Assembly: GCF_031769215.1 (NCBI RefSeq)
Contig: NW_026782330.1
Location: 558,001 to 622,000 of the forward strand
Source of the DNA: Ylistrum balloti
Lineage: Eukaryota
Length of the DNA stretch: 64,000 nucleotides
Direction: 5' to 3'
Part shown: positions 50,594 to 64,000 of the stretch, one piece after another
How positions within the stretch are numbered: position 1 is the stretch's first letter
Layout of the letters: each line of letters starts with the position of its first letter
Notes under the pieces: generated by a model
The model's database searches: none
What the model was told of the DNA's origin: nothing
The model's input: the letters and a program-made list of their open reading frames with translations, nothing else
Position numbers and translations under genes: made by a program

Positions 50594-53500
50594 ATGGTTC
50601 AGCGACTTACATTTCGCCGGCGCTTGTCTTACAACACCAACAGCAACCGCAGGAGAGTGTAAGTGGACTAGCTAAAATGGACATGGTTTCTATGTCTCTG
50701 GACTTGTCTGAATGTCTCCCTTCTGTTATTCAGAGCAGTTTGTTGTCTGCCCAATGCATTGGTAGTTCCGATGTGATTGTTTAATATATGTGTGCGATTT
50801 ACATGTATATTTGGACTGGTATGAAACTTCTGGTTTTATTTGGCACAAGATAAATACTGTATACATATTGAGATAATTACTGCATTCACACTGGAAAAAT
50901 GTTTTACCAAAAATATTATGACTTTGATCTGTATGCAGTGAGTATTGTGCAACGTTAATAATGTGATTTTGTTTTTATTTCATTTGATGATCCTGAACAG
51001 ATCAAAGACTCCTGGTAAGTTTACATTGCAAAAACTGATTGGTTTTTAATTTTGTTCTGTGAAAATCCTAACTATTGAAAGTCATGTCTGGTGCATTTAT
51101 TACCCAGCACAGATTTCATGTCCCAAATTTTGTATGAACCTGCTTGTGTGCAGTACATACATTTTGTAACTAGGATTATATCCAATTGAGATAGGGTGTA
51201 TAGATATGAGTGAAATTGCTGTCATTTAACAATAGTGTAGAATTGATTTCAAGGCATTTTCCCAAATTTCAAAATGCAATCAATACCATATATGGTAGAG
51301 TTGTACCAGTCTGACAGAATATTTAATCCTTTAAGATGTCTAAGTCCAACTGAAAACTTTGTAGTGTTCTTAAAGATAATTAAAGTGAGATGTTTGTAAG
51401 GTTCCTAGGATTTTCTGTCTACTATAATACAACTTCAGGGTACAGAATGGTTCCACATGAACATATATCCATGATAGACCTGCTTGTAATACATCCGGTG
51501 CTGACATTGAAGGTTGTCATTACTGCTTTATAGGATACTTCATTGTGAACACTATAATGTAATAATTTCACTGAGAAAATACCATGCATTGTCATAGATC
51601 ATACAACCAGATGCTTCTGTAACTTCAGAAAGAGGCATTTTATTATACCATGGAAAATGGTATAAAGAATATGGTCTCTGAATACATTGGTACTTTAGCT
51701 ACATTTCAGTTGTTATAGATATACATGGGAGGAATGTATACAGAATATCACCTAGTTTAGAAATTACCAATATACTTTCTATATATTAAGTAGAGATATA
51801 TAGCTAACAATGGCATCCACTAATTATTGATCACTATCTGTTTATGAGAATTTGAAAATTGAAGATATACTGCTGCTGTGATGATAAGTTTGATAAGAAA
51901 TACTTGTGCAGGAGACAATTTTCATGTATCTTTCTACATTTTAGGTGGTAAGCTGGTATATTTATACACAAAGAAGCTTGGAAGCATCCCAAAATGTGGT
52001 GATTGTAAAATCAAGTTACATGGGGTGAGTGTTTCAATCTATGCCACAGTCCTTCTCGGGACGACCAGGTTCAAATTTATCCCACCCAGATATCATTCTA
52101 GTTGATTTCGGTAACTGCATCATAAAAGTATTAGCATTGCAGAATCTCTTTGTCTTGTCCAGGTTTCACAATTAACTATCTTTTTATGTGATAATATTTC
52201 TGAAAATAGAGTTTCTGAACAAAGCAACTAAAATATCAACCTTTTTTAAGCTTTACCTTTTCGCATGATCTTTAAATTTGTACAAAGGGTTAGTTTGATT
52301 GTTTTCTATGTTTAGATTACCCCAGCCAGGCCAAAGGAGCTCATGTCCATGTCGAAACGACTCAAGTCTGTGACAAGAGCTTATGGTGGATCTAGGTGCC
52401 ACAAATGCGTAAGAGAAAGGTACGCCGCAAATTCAAATGTACAGTAAAACCCTTTCTCCATGAACCTGTATCATTGAAATCCCTCTATTTGTCGAGCACT
52501 TGGTCCCAACCATGTCCTTTTGTATTCTGTTTTTGGCACGATTATGTACCTGTATTGTCAGCTACTATATAATATTACTTTCTCAAGACATTTCTTATAG
52601 ATTTGTGTTTTGGGTCAGTGTAGAAAAATCAACTGCTTTTCAAAAGATTTTTTTTTTCATTTAAAATCATATTACATAATGTCACATTTAGCAAGAGGAA
52701 TTATGTGTAGTCAAGAGGATTGTCCGTGTACAACTGTCAATTTCTATAGCAGATGAGGTTAATTAACAACACAATGTACAACAATAACATAAAATATATC
52801 AACAAGTCAAACTTTGATATTTCTAAGTTCAAGGGACTAGAAAAAACAATGTGTAACAATGTGCAAAAGACAGCACACTATCCGAATTCCTTTGTTAGGT
52901 AGTGTCTTTGTGGAAATGCGTGAAATTCTGTCGCAGGGCCAAAGTATCTGTACAGTACAGGTTAAAAAAGATTGATGAGTCTAGAAGTGTTAATGACTTG
53001 TATTATCATAGCCAACAGTTAACATCTTCATAACATCAAAAAGTTCAATTTATAAAACTTTGATTCAGAAAGGGGTTAGTCATTAGTATTATATAAGAAT
53101 AATATTTGTGACCGGGCAAAACATTTGATGCACCATTTTCAGCAATTTGGTTTCAGCTTGTTTGATTTTGCTGTACTGTAAATGAATCTTGCAGTGAATT
53201 TTCTTCATTCTTCTCAGTTATATTAAAAACATTGTAAATATCAGCAGTGAAAACTTGAGCACAATTAGAGATAGGACTGATCGAATGGAGTATTGAATAC
53301 TTTGGATTCATGGATAGTTGTGACCTGACCATCTAACCTACCACTGATATCCTGTATCTTTGAACTATCGTCATGGTACAATATATGTGTACATTTTGTC
53401 ATAAAATTATCAGATGGAAATTATCATGTAAAATTTATTGAATTGTGTGGTTAGTGCACCCCACCCCACCCCCAAATCTTGGTTTTGACTTTTCTCTCGA

Positions 53501-53897
53501 TTATTTTTTATTTTCCTCAGTCACCTCCTAGGCTTCAAAATTTTGTTGCTTAGAATTACTGTTGAAACATATAAAACAGGTGTATGGTGCAATTTAAATC
53601 ATTATTAGGTTCTAATGTATCTAAATTTGTATTTAACAGTGCTCTTTACTAAGCTTGTTTTGTACAAAATTCCTAAGGTGTTATCGTTTTACTGTACTTT
53701 TGTTAAATAATGGCCAAGTTGATAATTGAATAATTTTTTTCTCTCCCCAATTAGTGTTATTCACTATTCAACAGTGAATTAGAAAGAGACTTAACCATGT
53801 GCCTTTTTTTACTTTCAGGATTGTGCGTGCTTTCCTTATTGAAGAACAGAAGATTGTTGTACGTGTATTGAAGGCACAGGAGGCAGCAAAGAAATGA
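50594..53897 (+). CDS. RPL34: 60S ribosomal protein L34 (eL34), 113 aa
   Basis: Coding exons 50594-50658, 51001-51014, 51945-52024, 52316-52419, 53819-53897 (342 nt). Translation [119 protein letters not shown] at 53913-53918. Confidence 0.98.
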
Positions 53898-54984
53898 ACT
53901 GGTGTGATAGACAATAAAAAGCTGGGGAATATATTGGTGTTGTGTGCTTTGTTTCAAGCATATGGTTTTGTCTTGAAAGAATGGTTAATCTTGCGTGATT
54001 TTACAGAAAGATGAACTTATGATATATCCTGATGTTCATGGTCTGTGAACAATTGGTTTGGTTTTAACTGAGTGATTAGGAAATCACATCAGTTTGATGA
54101 GGGATTTTGTACAGAACAAGAGAATTGTCCTGACAAGGATTGTTAAATGTAGATAAAAAGAGGTAGTTTGGCAATTACTCCAGAATTATGACAAATCCTA
54201 ATTATCCATGTAGTTGGTGGAAAACTAATGAAGACCAGTTTTGGACAAAACGGGATTATTTGGCTTTTACTTTGCTACTATTAGGAACTTCTGGAATGAG
54301 TTTGAAATCAACTCCATATGGTTCAGTGTATTAATTGTACTGATAAATGGGCTGACATCCACCACACCACAGTTTATTCAGAGTTTGGGGACTGGGTACA
54401 TGACATTTAGTACTATGGATTTTACTATGGGTTGTGCATCACCCTTCAACATTCATTTAAGAAGTCTTCACTTCTGTAGTTATTTAGTACCATATCAAAC
54501 AAAATCGGACAACATTTCACAGGTACTTCAAGAAGCCAAGTGGATCCTAACGCAAAAAAATTAACTTTGTCCTAATTCATTCTGAAGTGTTGGTCTAGAC
54601 GTTAATGTTAAGCAAAATACTGCACCACCTTTTTAAAGCCATGGAATTTTTTTTTGGTTATAATACCCACAATAACACCAGAAAGAAGCAATGTAAGTAT
54701 TTTTGGTGGGAAGCCTGCTCCAGGACTGTCGACTGAGAAACACTACACTTTGGCACATTAAGTCCAAGATAGTGTTTTTTCATTCCTTAATCTTAATTGT
54801 TAAAAAAAATATTTGCTAAGTTTTTTTTATCGATAATATTGGCTACATTTATAAAAAAAAACATTGGGTTTACACTTGCAACACTCTGGCAACTGAATAG
54901 ACAACAAATCACTACATGTACCTAGTATGTCAGTCTGTCACACTCTGGGAACTATATAGACAAGAAATCGCTACAAAATACGAC

Positions 54985-55700
54985 ACTTGACCAACACTAC
55001 AGGTACAATTAAGTCACTACATCAGTAAGACACTTGACCAATACACTACAGGTACAATTAAGTCGCTATGTCAGTAAGACACTTGACCAACATACTACAG
55101 GTACAATTAAGTCTACGTCAGTAAAACACTTGACCAACACACTATAGGTACAATTAAGTCTACGTCAGTAAGACATTTGACCAACATACGACAGGTACAA
55201 TTAAGTCTCTGCGTCAGCAAGACACCTGACCAACACACTACAGGTACAATTAAGTCTCTATGTCAGTAAGACACATGACCAACACACTACAGGTACAATT
55301 AAGTCTACGTCAGTAAAACACTTGACCAACACACTACAGGTACAATTAAGTCTCTATGTCAGTAAATCACTTGACCAACCCACTACAGGTACAATTAAGT
55401 CTCTATGTCAGTAAGACACATGACCAACACACTACAGGTACAATTAAGTCTACGTCAGTAAAACACTTGACCAACACACTACAGGTACAATTAAGTCTCT
55501 ATGTCAGTAAATCACTTGACCAACCCACTACAGGTACAATTAAGTCTCTACGTCAGTAAGACACTTGACCAACCCACTACAGGTACAATTATATCTACTT
55601 CAGTAAAACACTTGACCAACACACTACAGGTACAATTAAGTCTACGTCAGTAAGACACTTGACCAACACACTACAGGTACAATTAAGTCTACGTCAGTAA
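54985..55700. repeat. 47-49-bp minisatellite, about 15 copies
   Basis: ACACTACAGGTACAATTAAGTCT(CT)AYGTCAGTAARACACTTGACCAAC. Confidence 0.95.
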
Positions 55701-55980
55701 GACACTTGACCAACACACTACAGATACAATGCCGTTACCTTAATAGTAAAGGCCAACACGCTATGGGTACATTCAGCCGCTACCTTTGTGGGACAGTCCA
55801 ATACTTCACTTCATCATTAAACCACTTCAACAGACTTGCTCAAACTTGTTTCACAAATCCGTATGAATAAAGTAAACTTGTATAAGAGATTCTATATTTA
55901 TCTGTGTGTATGTTTGGGGTTTCCTACAAACAGCTGAGCTGGACACCAGGGATAATGCCATGTAACTTTGTAACTTCTTG

Positions 55981-57132
55981 TTAGGTCATCTGATGCGAAT
56001 GGTCAAGATGACCAATAGTCATTGTGCTTCATTCGTCGTCGTGCATCGTCTGTACACTTAAAAAAACCTACTCCTCTTGCATATCTGTTTGGATTTCAAC
56101 TAAATTTAGTCTGATGCATCATTGGATGGGAGTGATAATTTCTTAAATTTAGAATCTTGATCCGACCCCAAAGGGTTGAGAGATAGGAGAGGTGCTGAAA
56201 CTAGATTTAAAATCCTACTCCTCCTTTCTGCCTGGTGGGATTTCAACAAAATTTGGTCTGAATCATCATTGAGAGTGGAGAATAATTTCTTAAATTCAGA
56301 AGGTTGGTTCGACCCCTCAGGACTTTGGGGCAGGGATCCAATTGGGGAAGTATGACAATATTTTGCTTCAAATGTTACTCTTTCTTCATGCTTGAATGGA
56401 TTTCAACCAAATTTAGTCCAAAACATGGAGAGCAGGGAAACATTTCTGAAATTCAGAAAGTTGATTGATCCCTAGTTAATAGGAATAACCTTGATCCGCT
56501 TGAAAGGTCACAGGGATCAATGCTTGAAATGCTTAAGCAACTTCCTCTCAGAAACGGAAAGGCTCAAGATGCTGATATTAGGTCTGTAGCATGCTTGGAT
56601 GTAGGACTACCAACTTCGTTAATATGAATGACATTGACCTACTTTCAAGATTACAAATATCAAATGTATTAAAATGTTTAAATGACTTCTTCTCAAGAAC
56701 CAAAAGGCCCAGGGTGCTGATATTGGACCAACTTTCAAGATCACAGGGGTCAAATGTGTTAAAATGCTTAAGCAACTTCTTTTCAAGAACCAAAAGGCCC
56801 AGGGTGCTGATATTGGACCAACTTTCAAGATCACGGGGGTCAAATGTGTTAAAATGCTTAAGCAACTTCTTTTCAATAACCGAAAGGCCAAGGGATTTGA
56901 TATTGGGCCTGTAGCTTGCTTTTTCAATAAGCAATACATTCGGAGTAATGGTAATTGTGCATGTATATGTATAAAGAATATGATTTCAAGCTTGCATAAA
57001 ATGTCTGGATGAACCAACAATGTCTTCTATGTGAGAGGTAGAGTAGTTGAGCAATTTGTTTTGTGCCTATTTGGTCGCTTTCATGTAAAGGTCTTTATAA
57101 CCAGGTGACTGTTTAGGCCCATAGGCCTCTTG
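55981..57132 (+). mobile_element. Second HINE-like family element (about 1.15 kb) with internal 90-bp repeats
   Basis: 5' TTAGGTCATCTG...AAGATGACC stem followed by a GTCGTCGT microsatellite; 3' CAGGTGAC subterminal repeat, AGGCC-CAT-AGGCCT hairpin and CTTG end; about three 90-bp units at 56620-56900. Confidence 0.6.
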
Positions 57133-60100
57133 GATTTTTCATATAATGATAAAAAATGAAATTAATTTGTACATATGCACTCGCTATAAAAACATAAACT
57201 GATTTTATAACGTGTACAGTATTGTAATTAATTGTATTTACCCGATATCATGATAGGATACAAAACATGGTATTATGATACAGAATATTGAGAAATCTCC
57301 AACACTTTAGATTCTTATAGTGGAAGCCAATCTCTAAATAACAACTGTACCATATAAACTTATTTAACGAGACTTAACTTACGAGTAAGTAGAAACATCA
57401 ATTCACTGATATTTAGATTAAACCTATTGATTTCTGTATGCAAAAGTTTGACATTATTCTTCCAAACCTAGTTTATTGACGGTGCTTCAAAGTGTGGGGT
57501 GCAAGCTCATAAACTTCTCAAATCCTCAGTAATCATTTTAACATCTCTGAATACAGAAGAACGAAAGATAGCTTGAAATTGGAAAATTTTAAACATGCAC
57601 TATAGAACTCACTATAAATACGGATTAGATGGAAAAAAGGTGAGGGAAAGGGAAGGGACGGGAATGTTGGAGGGAAGGCCGGTGATAGGAAAGGGAGGGG
57701 GTGTGAACATTGAAGTAGTGATTTTTTTTTAAGTGATCAGTGACAATACATGATTTTGAAGACACATGTCATAATATCAAGCCATTTTCTGGGGAAGTGG
57801 CTTTTTCCATATCTAATTTCAATTTCTAATAATTTCAGTTGTTTTGTTGAAAAACATAAAATGAAAAATACCTCTTCTATAATTTGGACTACACTGTGCA
57901 ATATTTTATATAGCTCATATACAACGTGTATAGCCGTACAAAATATCCGCGTCCGACTCCTGTATTATTTAACTTGTTGAAACGTCAATGAAACGCTTGA
58001 TACTTAAGAATACTTAATCGTGTCCTGGGGCAGTTTGATTGACATTGAAGAGTGCAAGTGAATTGGAAATTTACCGTGGAAACAGTTCGACAGATGAGGA
58101 AGAAGTGTTGTAAGTCTTAAGAGTCAGCTTTTATTTATACCATATATATAACAATATATGACGTATTGGATCCAAAATATTGAAAGACGATGTTGATGGT
58201 TACGTGATCTAATATTCGAAACAACCTGTTCGCGTGTGACTTTCCTGTCAATCCCGCTATCGTCGATTGTCTGATTGCCATCGCATTCGTGACGACTCGA
58301 AACTGATTCCTCTGTTGTCTGAATCTGATTTCATACTGTAGTATGGCATTAATAGGAACTGTTATCCCGTATCAAGCTGGCGGGATTCATGTAAACAGCT
58401 GCTAGAAATATACGCGGTCTGCAACAGAGATCATCAATGACAATTTGTTACCATAATCTAAAATGATATATTTGTTAATTTGAATGGACGCTGAAAAAAT
58501 ACAAGTAGACAGAAAGCAGTCGTCACAATACTATTAGTTGGAAGAAAACTGATATCTTTGATTAGGTATATATGTAAATAACTTGAGATCTCCCAGTCTT
58601 GTTTACAACCTTCTCCTATTACATACATAAAGTCACAACTGTGTGAATGTGATCTAGTATAGAGGCAAATAAATAAAATAAATATATGACATCTATAGCA
58701 ACAAATGCACATTTGGATTGATAGATGATTGCACCTTTGTTGAATTAACCCAGTATGTTATATCACATATATTCCTGTTATATTTCATTGTGAAATCAAC
58801 AGAGAATATAGCAAACTAGATTTCAAAATAATTAATGGCTATAAATGAGTTTCACATGAACTTGAATATTGATGTTTGCAGTTTCATAGCGGTAAATTGA
58901 TTTCATCTTTGAAAAACTGATTTGGATTTTCGCTTATGATACAGTCTTCTCTACTCTAGTATCAATATCATGTTTTTGTATATATGACATTAACACACAC
59001 AAATTGAAAAATGAAATGTATATACATGATTGTACAATATCCATTGTGGCAATATCTGTGTGTGAATTCCTTGTTTCTATACATAAACTGTTACTGTCTG
59101 CAGTGTTAGAATTGTGAAGTAATTTTTAAATGTCTGTTTTTATAAATGACTTTATATTTAAGCATATCAGCCATTTTTACAAACACCATTAAATTAACAG
59201 ACTTCTTGTTACAGTTCTATTTGTACACAGAGTGATAAACATAATACTATATGTTATATCACACCAGTTATCATCCTACATGATGCAGTATCCTAACACA
59301 TGTCCTAATTAAACAGATTAAAGTTTGATCCATGTGTTTTAGGTGATATGTTTACAATGACTTCTAGATGTACACATTTTATGTTAGAAAGGTGATATTC
59401 AGGAGGGACGTTTTAATTTTTTATTTCTTTGGATATTTTGTAAAGAGGTTCTCAAGTCAAACACTGATGAAAAGAAGTCAAAACGGAGAATGAATTTCAA
59501 TGTCAACTTGTTTATTTTTCAGATATTATAGACTGGTAAAAATGAATTTGGATCTGACTACTTTTTTCAATTATATTACTTTTCTAAGAGAATGGCTCAG
59601 TGTATTAACAAGACTTGTGTTTATTGTGCTATCATTACTCTTTTGTACATGTATATTTCAGCAGATGATCTGCAGTTTTATCAGAAAACAGAATGAATTT
59701 TCAATAAATTCTAGCTTAAGTTCTAATTGTGCTTATCTTCATGAAGGTTGAAAATATATATATATATACATCAGTCTACCAGCTAGCTATACACAGTGTT
59801 GGAAATTCCAACCTGACATAAATTGGAATTTTTTTATATTGCTAAATTAGAAAATTGGATAAAAAGCAACATATGAATTGCTGGATTACATATTCTTGCA
59901 TAAAAAATACCTGATTTAAAGATTTGTGGAAAATGATAACATTATTCGGAAAAAACAATTAACATACCAAATCAGAAATGGTCCTGAATACAGCCCCAAA
60001 TACATTTGACAGGAAAAACACTAACTGTGCTCATTCAATTTTGAATAAGCATTTTTAAAACTTATGCTTTCAAAATTCTTCATATAGAAGATGTAGAAAT

Positions 60101-60887
60101 ACCCACCTTTAATAGAATACAGGTTGTTTTTAGACCTGATGAAATGCTGTAATTGATAATCATTTGTTGTATATGAGATATGCTTATTGAGACAAACAGG
60201 AGTGACAGTGATTCATTTGCTGTTGACCTATTTAGTACTGTCCTATATATATATAACCTAGTGAGTAACACACATCCTACTGTACATGCATGTATCATGC
60301 TGTGGTCAAAGTGCAGTGGTAATATATAATAACTTTGTTGTAAATACTTAGGGACAGGAGTGATGTCTGTACATACTTAGGGACAGGAGTGATGTCCTTC
60401 TAGTTAGTCAAGGTCCCAAGCTTGAGTTATTTGTGTATTGTGTATAGAGATATGATAATAAAAAAAAAAGGTACAGCATTGATAACAGGTCAGTTATATG
60501 CCTTGTCTGTCAATACACCTAGATAGTTATAGATGTATTGGCAGATATCAGACTTATAGGCATACATGCTCATCAGTCAATGGTAACTATGTTTGTGTTT
60601 AAGAATGTTAAAAATTATTTTTTAAGAAAACTTGTGCTTAGCAAAAATATTGACAATAATTGAACTTTTTCAATATATTTAAATATGCATAATTTTTAAT
60701 TGTAATATTTCATTCTATTCTAATAGATGATAAGATAATACAAAGTTTATCATGTTTATGACAAGGTGACATTTACTTATAAAAATGTTGACTCCTTGAT
60801 GTTAGCACGATTGTCAAGATAACAGGAAACTTTGATAACTTTGATATGTGTTACTATTTTTACTGGATGTAATAACTGGGTTATCAA

Positions 60888-61430
60888 AGTCTTACATCAC
60901 AGATTGCACTGTCATAATATCTGTCATTATTACACTCTTACATCACAGATTGTACTATCCTAATATATGTCATTATTACACTCTTACATCACAGATTGTA
61001 CTGTCCTAATACCTGTCATTATTACACTCTTACATCACAGATTGTACTATCCTAATATCTGTCATTATTACACTCTTACATCACAGATTGTACTGTCCTA
61101 ATATCTGTTATTACATTCTTACATCACAGATTGTACTGTCCTAATATCTGTCATTATTACACTCTTACATCACAGATTGTACTGTCCTAATATCTGTCAT
61201 TATTACACTCTTACATCACAGATTGTACTGTCCTAATATCTGTTATTACATTCTTACATCACAGATTGTACTGTCCTAATATCTGTCATTATTACACTCT
61301 TACATCACAGATTGTACTGTCCTAATACCTGTTATTACACTCTTACATCACAGACTGTACTGTCCTAATATCTGTCATTATTACACTCTTACATCACAGA
61401 TTGTACTGTCCTAATATCTGTCATTATTAC
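60888..61430. repeat. 46-bp minisatellite (with 43-bp variants), about 12 copies
   Basis: TTACACTCTTACATCACAGATTGTACTGTCCTAATATCTGTCATTA. Confidence 0.96.
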
Positions 61431-64000
61431 ACGGTTCTGTCCTACCACCTGATGGTATTACACTATTCTGTCCTACCACCTGATGGTTTTACTTGTTACA
61501 GATTGTACTGTCCTACCACCTGTGGGTATTACACAGTTCTGTCCTAACTCTTGTGTGTATTACATGTTACAGATTGTACTGTCCTACCACCTGTGGGTAT
61601 TACACTATTCTGTCCTACCACCTGTGGGTATCACACTATTCTGTCCTACCACCTGTGGGTATTACACAATTCTGTCCTACCAGCTGTGGGTATCACACTA
61701 TTCTGTCCTACCACCTGTGGGTATTACACTATTCTGTCCTACCAGCTGTGGGTATCACACTATTCTGTCCTAGCACCTGTGGGTATCACACGGTTCTGTC
61801 CTACCAGCTGTGGGTATCACACGGTTCTGTCCTACCACCTGTGGGTATCACACGGTTCTGTCCTACCACCTGTGTGTATTACATGGTTCTGTCCTACCAC
61901 CTGTGGGTATTACACAGTTCTGTCCTACCAGCTGTGGGTATGACACGGTTCTGTCCTAACTCTTGTGGGTATTACACGGTTCTGTCCTACCACCTGTGGG
62001 TATTACACGGTTCTGTCCTACCACCTGTGGGTATCACACGGTTCTGTCCTACCAGCTGTGGGTATCACACGGTTCTGTCCTACCACCTGTGGGTATCACA
62101 CGGTTCTGTCCTACCACCTGTGGGTATTACACGGTTCTGTCCTACCACCTGTGGGTATTACACTGTTCTGTCCTACCACCTGTGGGTATTACACGGTTCT
62201 GTCCTACCAGCTGTGGGTATGGCACGGTTCTGTCCTAACTCTTGTGGGTATTACACGGTTCTGTCCTACCACCTGTGGGTATTACACGGTTCTGTCCTAC
62301 CACCTGTGGGTATTACACGGTTCTGTCCTACCACCTGTGGGTATTACACAGTTCTGTCCTACCACCTGTGGGTATTACACGGTTCTGTCCTACCACCTGT
62401 GGGTATTACACTGTTCTGTTCTACCACCTGTGGGTATTACATGGTTCTGTCCTATCAGCTATGGGTATTACACGGTTCTGCCCTACCACCTGTGGGTATT
62501 ACACGGTTCTGTCCTACCACCTGTGGGTACAACACTGTTCTGTCCTACCACCTGTGGGTATTACACGGTTCTGTCCTACCACCTGTGTGTATTACACGGT
62601 TCTGTCCTACCACCTGTGGGTATTACACGGTTCTGTCCTACCACCTGTTGGTATTACACGGTTCTGCCCTACCACCTGTGCGTATTACACGGTTCTGTCC
62701 TACCACCTGTGGGTATTACACGGTTCTGTCCTACCACCTGTGGGTATTACACGGTTCTGCCCTACCACCTGTGGGTATTACACGGTTCTGTCCAACCAGC
62801 TGTGGGTATCACACTATTCTGTCCTAGCACCTGTGGGTATTACGCGGTTCTGTCCTACCAGCTGTGGGTATCACATGGTTCTGTCCTACCACCTGTGGGT
62901 ATCACACGGTTCTGTCCTACCACCTGTGGGTATTACACGGTTCTGTCCTACCACCTGTGTGTATTACACGGTTCTGTCCTACCACCTGTGTGTATTACAC
63001 GGTTCTGTCCTACCACCTGTGGGTATCACACTATTCTGTCCTACCACCTGTGGGTATTACACGGTTCTGTCCTACCACCTGTGGGTATTACACGGTTCTG
63101 TCCTACCACCTGTGGGTATTACACGGTTCTGTCCTACCACCTGTGGGTATTACACGGTTCTGTCCTACCAGCTATGGGTATGACACGGTTCTGTCCTACC
63201 ACCTGTGTGTATTAAACGGTTCTGTCCTACCAGCTATGGGTATTACACGGTTCTGTCCTACCAGCTATGGGTATGACACGGTTCTGTCCTACCAGCTGTG
63301 GGTATTACACGGTTCTGTCCTACCAGCTGTGGGTATGACACGGTTCTGTCCTGACTCTTGTGTGTATTACACGGTTCTGTCCTAACTCTTGTGTGTATTA
63401 CACGGTTCTGTCCTACCAGCTATGGGTATTACACGGTTCTGTCCTACCAGCTATGGGTATGACACAGTTCTGTCCTAACTCTTGTGTGTATTACACGGTT
63501 CTGTCCTACCAGCTATGGGTATTACACGGTTCTGTCCTACCAGCTATGGGTATGACACAGTTCTGTCCTAACTCTTGTGGGTATGACACGGTTCTGTCCT
63601 ACCAGCTATGGGTATGACACGGTTCTGTCCTGACTCTTGTGTGTATTACACGGTTCTGTCCTACCAGCTATGGGTATTACACGGTTCTGTCCTACCAGCT
63701 GTGGGTATGACACGGTTCTGTCCTGACTCTTGTGTGTATTACACGGTTCTGTGCTACCAGCTATGGGTGATACACGGTTCTGTGTTACCAGCTGTGGGTA
63801 TGACACGGTTCTGTCCTACCAGCTGTGGGTATTACACGGTTCTGTCCTACCAGCTGTGGGTATTACACGGTTCTGTCCTACCACCTGTGGGTATTACACG
63901 GTTCTGTCCTATCACCTGTGGGTATTACACGGTTCTGTCCTACCACCTGTGGGTATTACACGGCTCTGTCCTACCAGCTATGGGTATTACACGGTTCTGT
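61430..64000. repeat. 31-bp satellite/minisatellite, about 80 copies, running off the window end
   Basis: TTACACGGTTCTGTCCTACCACCTGTGGGTA; gives the overlapping periodic ORFs at 61.5-63.8 kb. Confidence 0.98.

Noticed and set aside
59793-60025. CAGTGTT...AACACTA as a second hAT-type MITE
   Set aside because: The putative TIRs match for only about 6 bp and no TSD is evident.
61483-63806. Many overlapping ORFs up to 444 aa
   Set aside because: They arise from a 31-bp satellite that cycles through frames and lacks stops; all three frames give the same peptide.

Overview
AT-rich animal genomic DNA with spliceosomal introns, most likely from a bivalve mollusc (inferred from the Helentron-like non-autonomous elements and the very dense minisatellites). 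I traced four complete intron-containing genes by hand through GT-AG junctions with consistent phase. They are FBF1 (- strand, 31 coding exons, about 1450 aa, 6980-35185), NME5 (+, 5 exons, 217 aa), VTI1A (-, 8 exons, 217 aa) and RPL34 (+, 5 coding exons, 113 aa). They form two tight head-to-head pairs. FBF1/NME5 are both ciliary genes and share an RFX X-box; VTI1A/RPL34 share an ETS/TCT promoter. About 20 tandem-repeat arrays account for almost all long ORFs in the supplied track, and those ORFs are artefacts. The most unusual observations are: (1) many FBF1 intronic minisatellites are amplified copies of the adjacent splice donor or acceptor, giving arrays of decoy splice sites whose use would cause frameshifts or premature stops; (2) a 787-bp hAT-like element with 16-bp TIRs, an atypical 5-bp TSD and an intact zinc-finger-only ORF; (3) a 14-nt RPL34 micro-exon whose skipping creates an immediate stop; (4) an NME5 that keeps the canonical NDP-kinase catalytic residues. 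No rRNA, tRNA or CRISPR features are supported.
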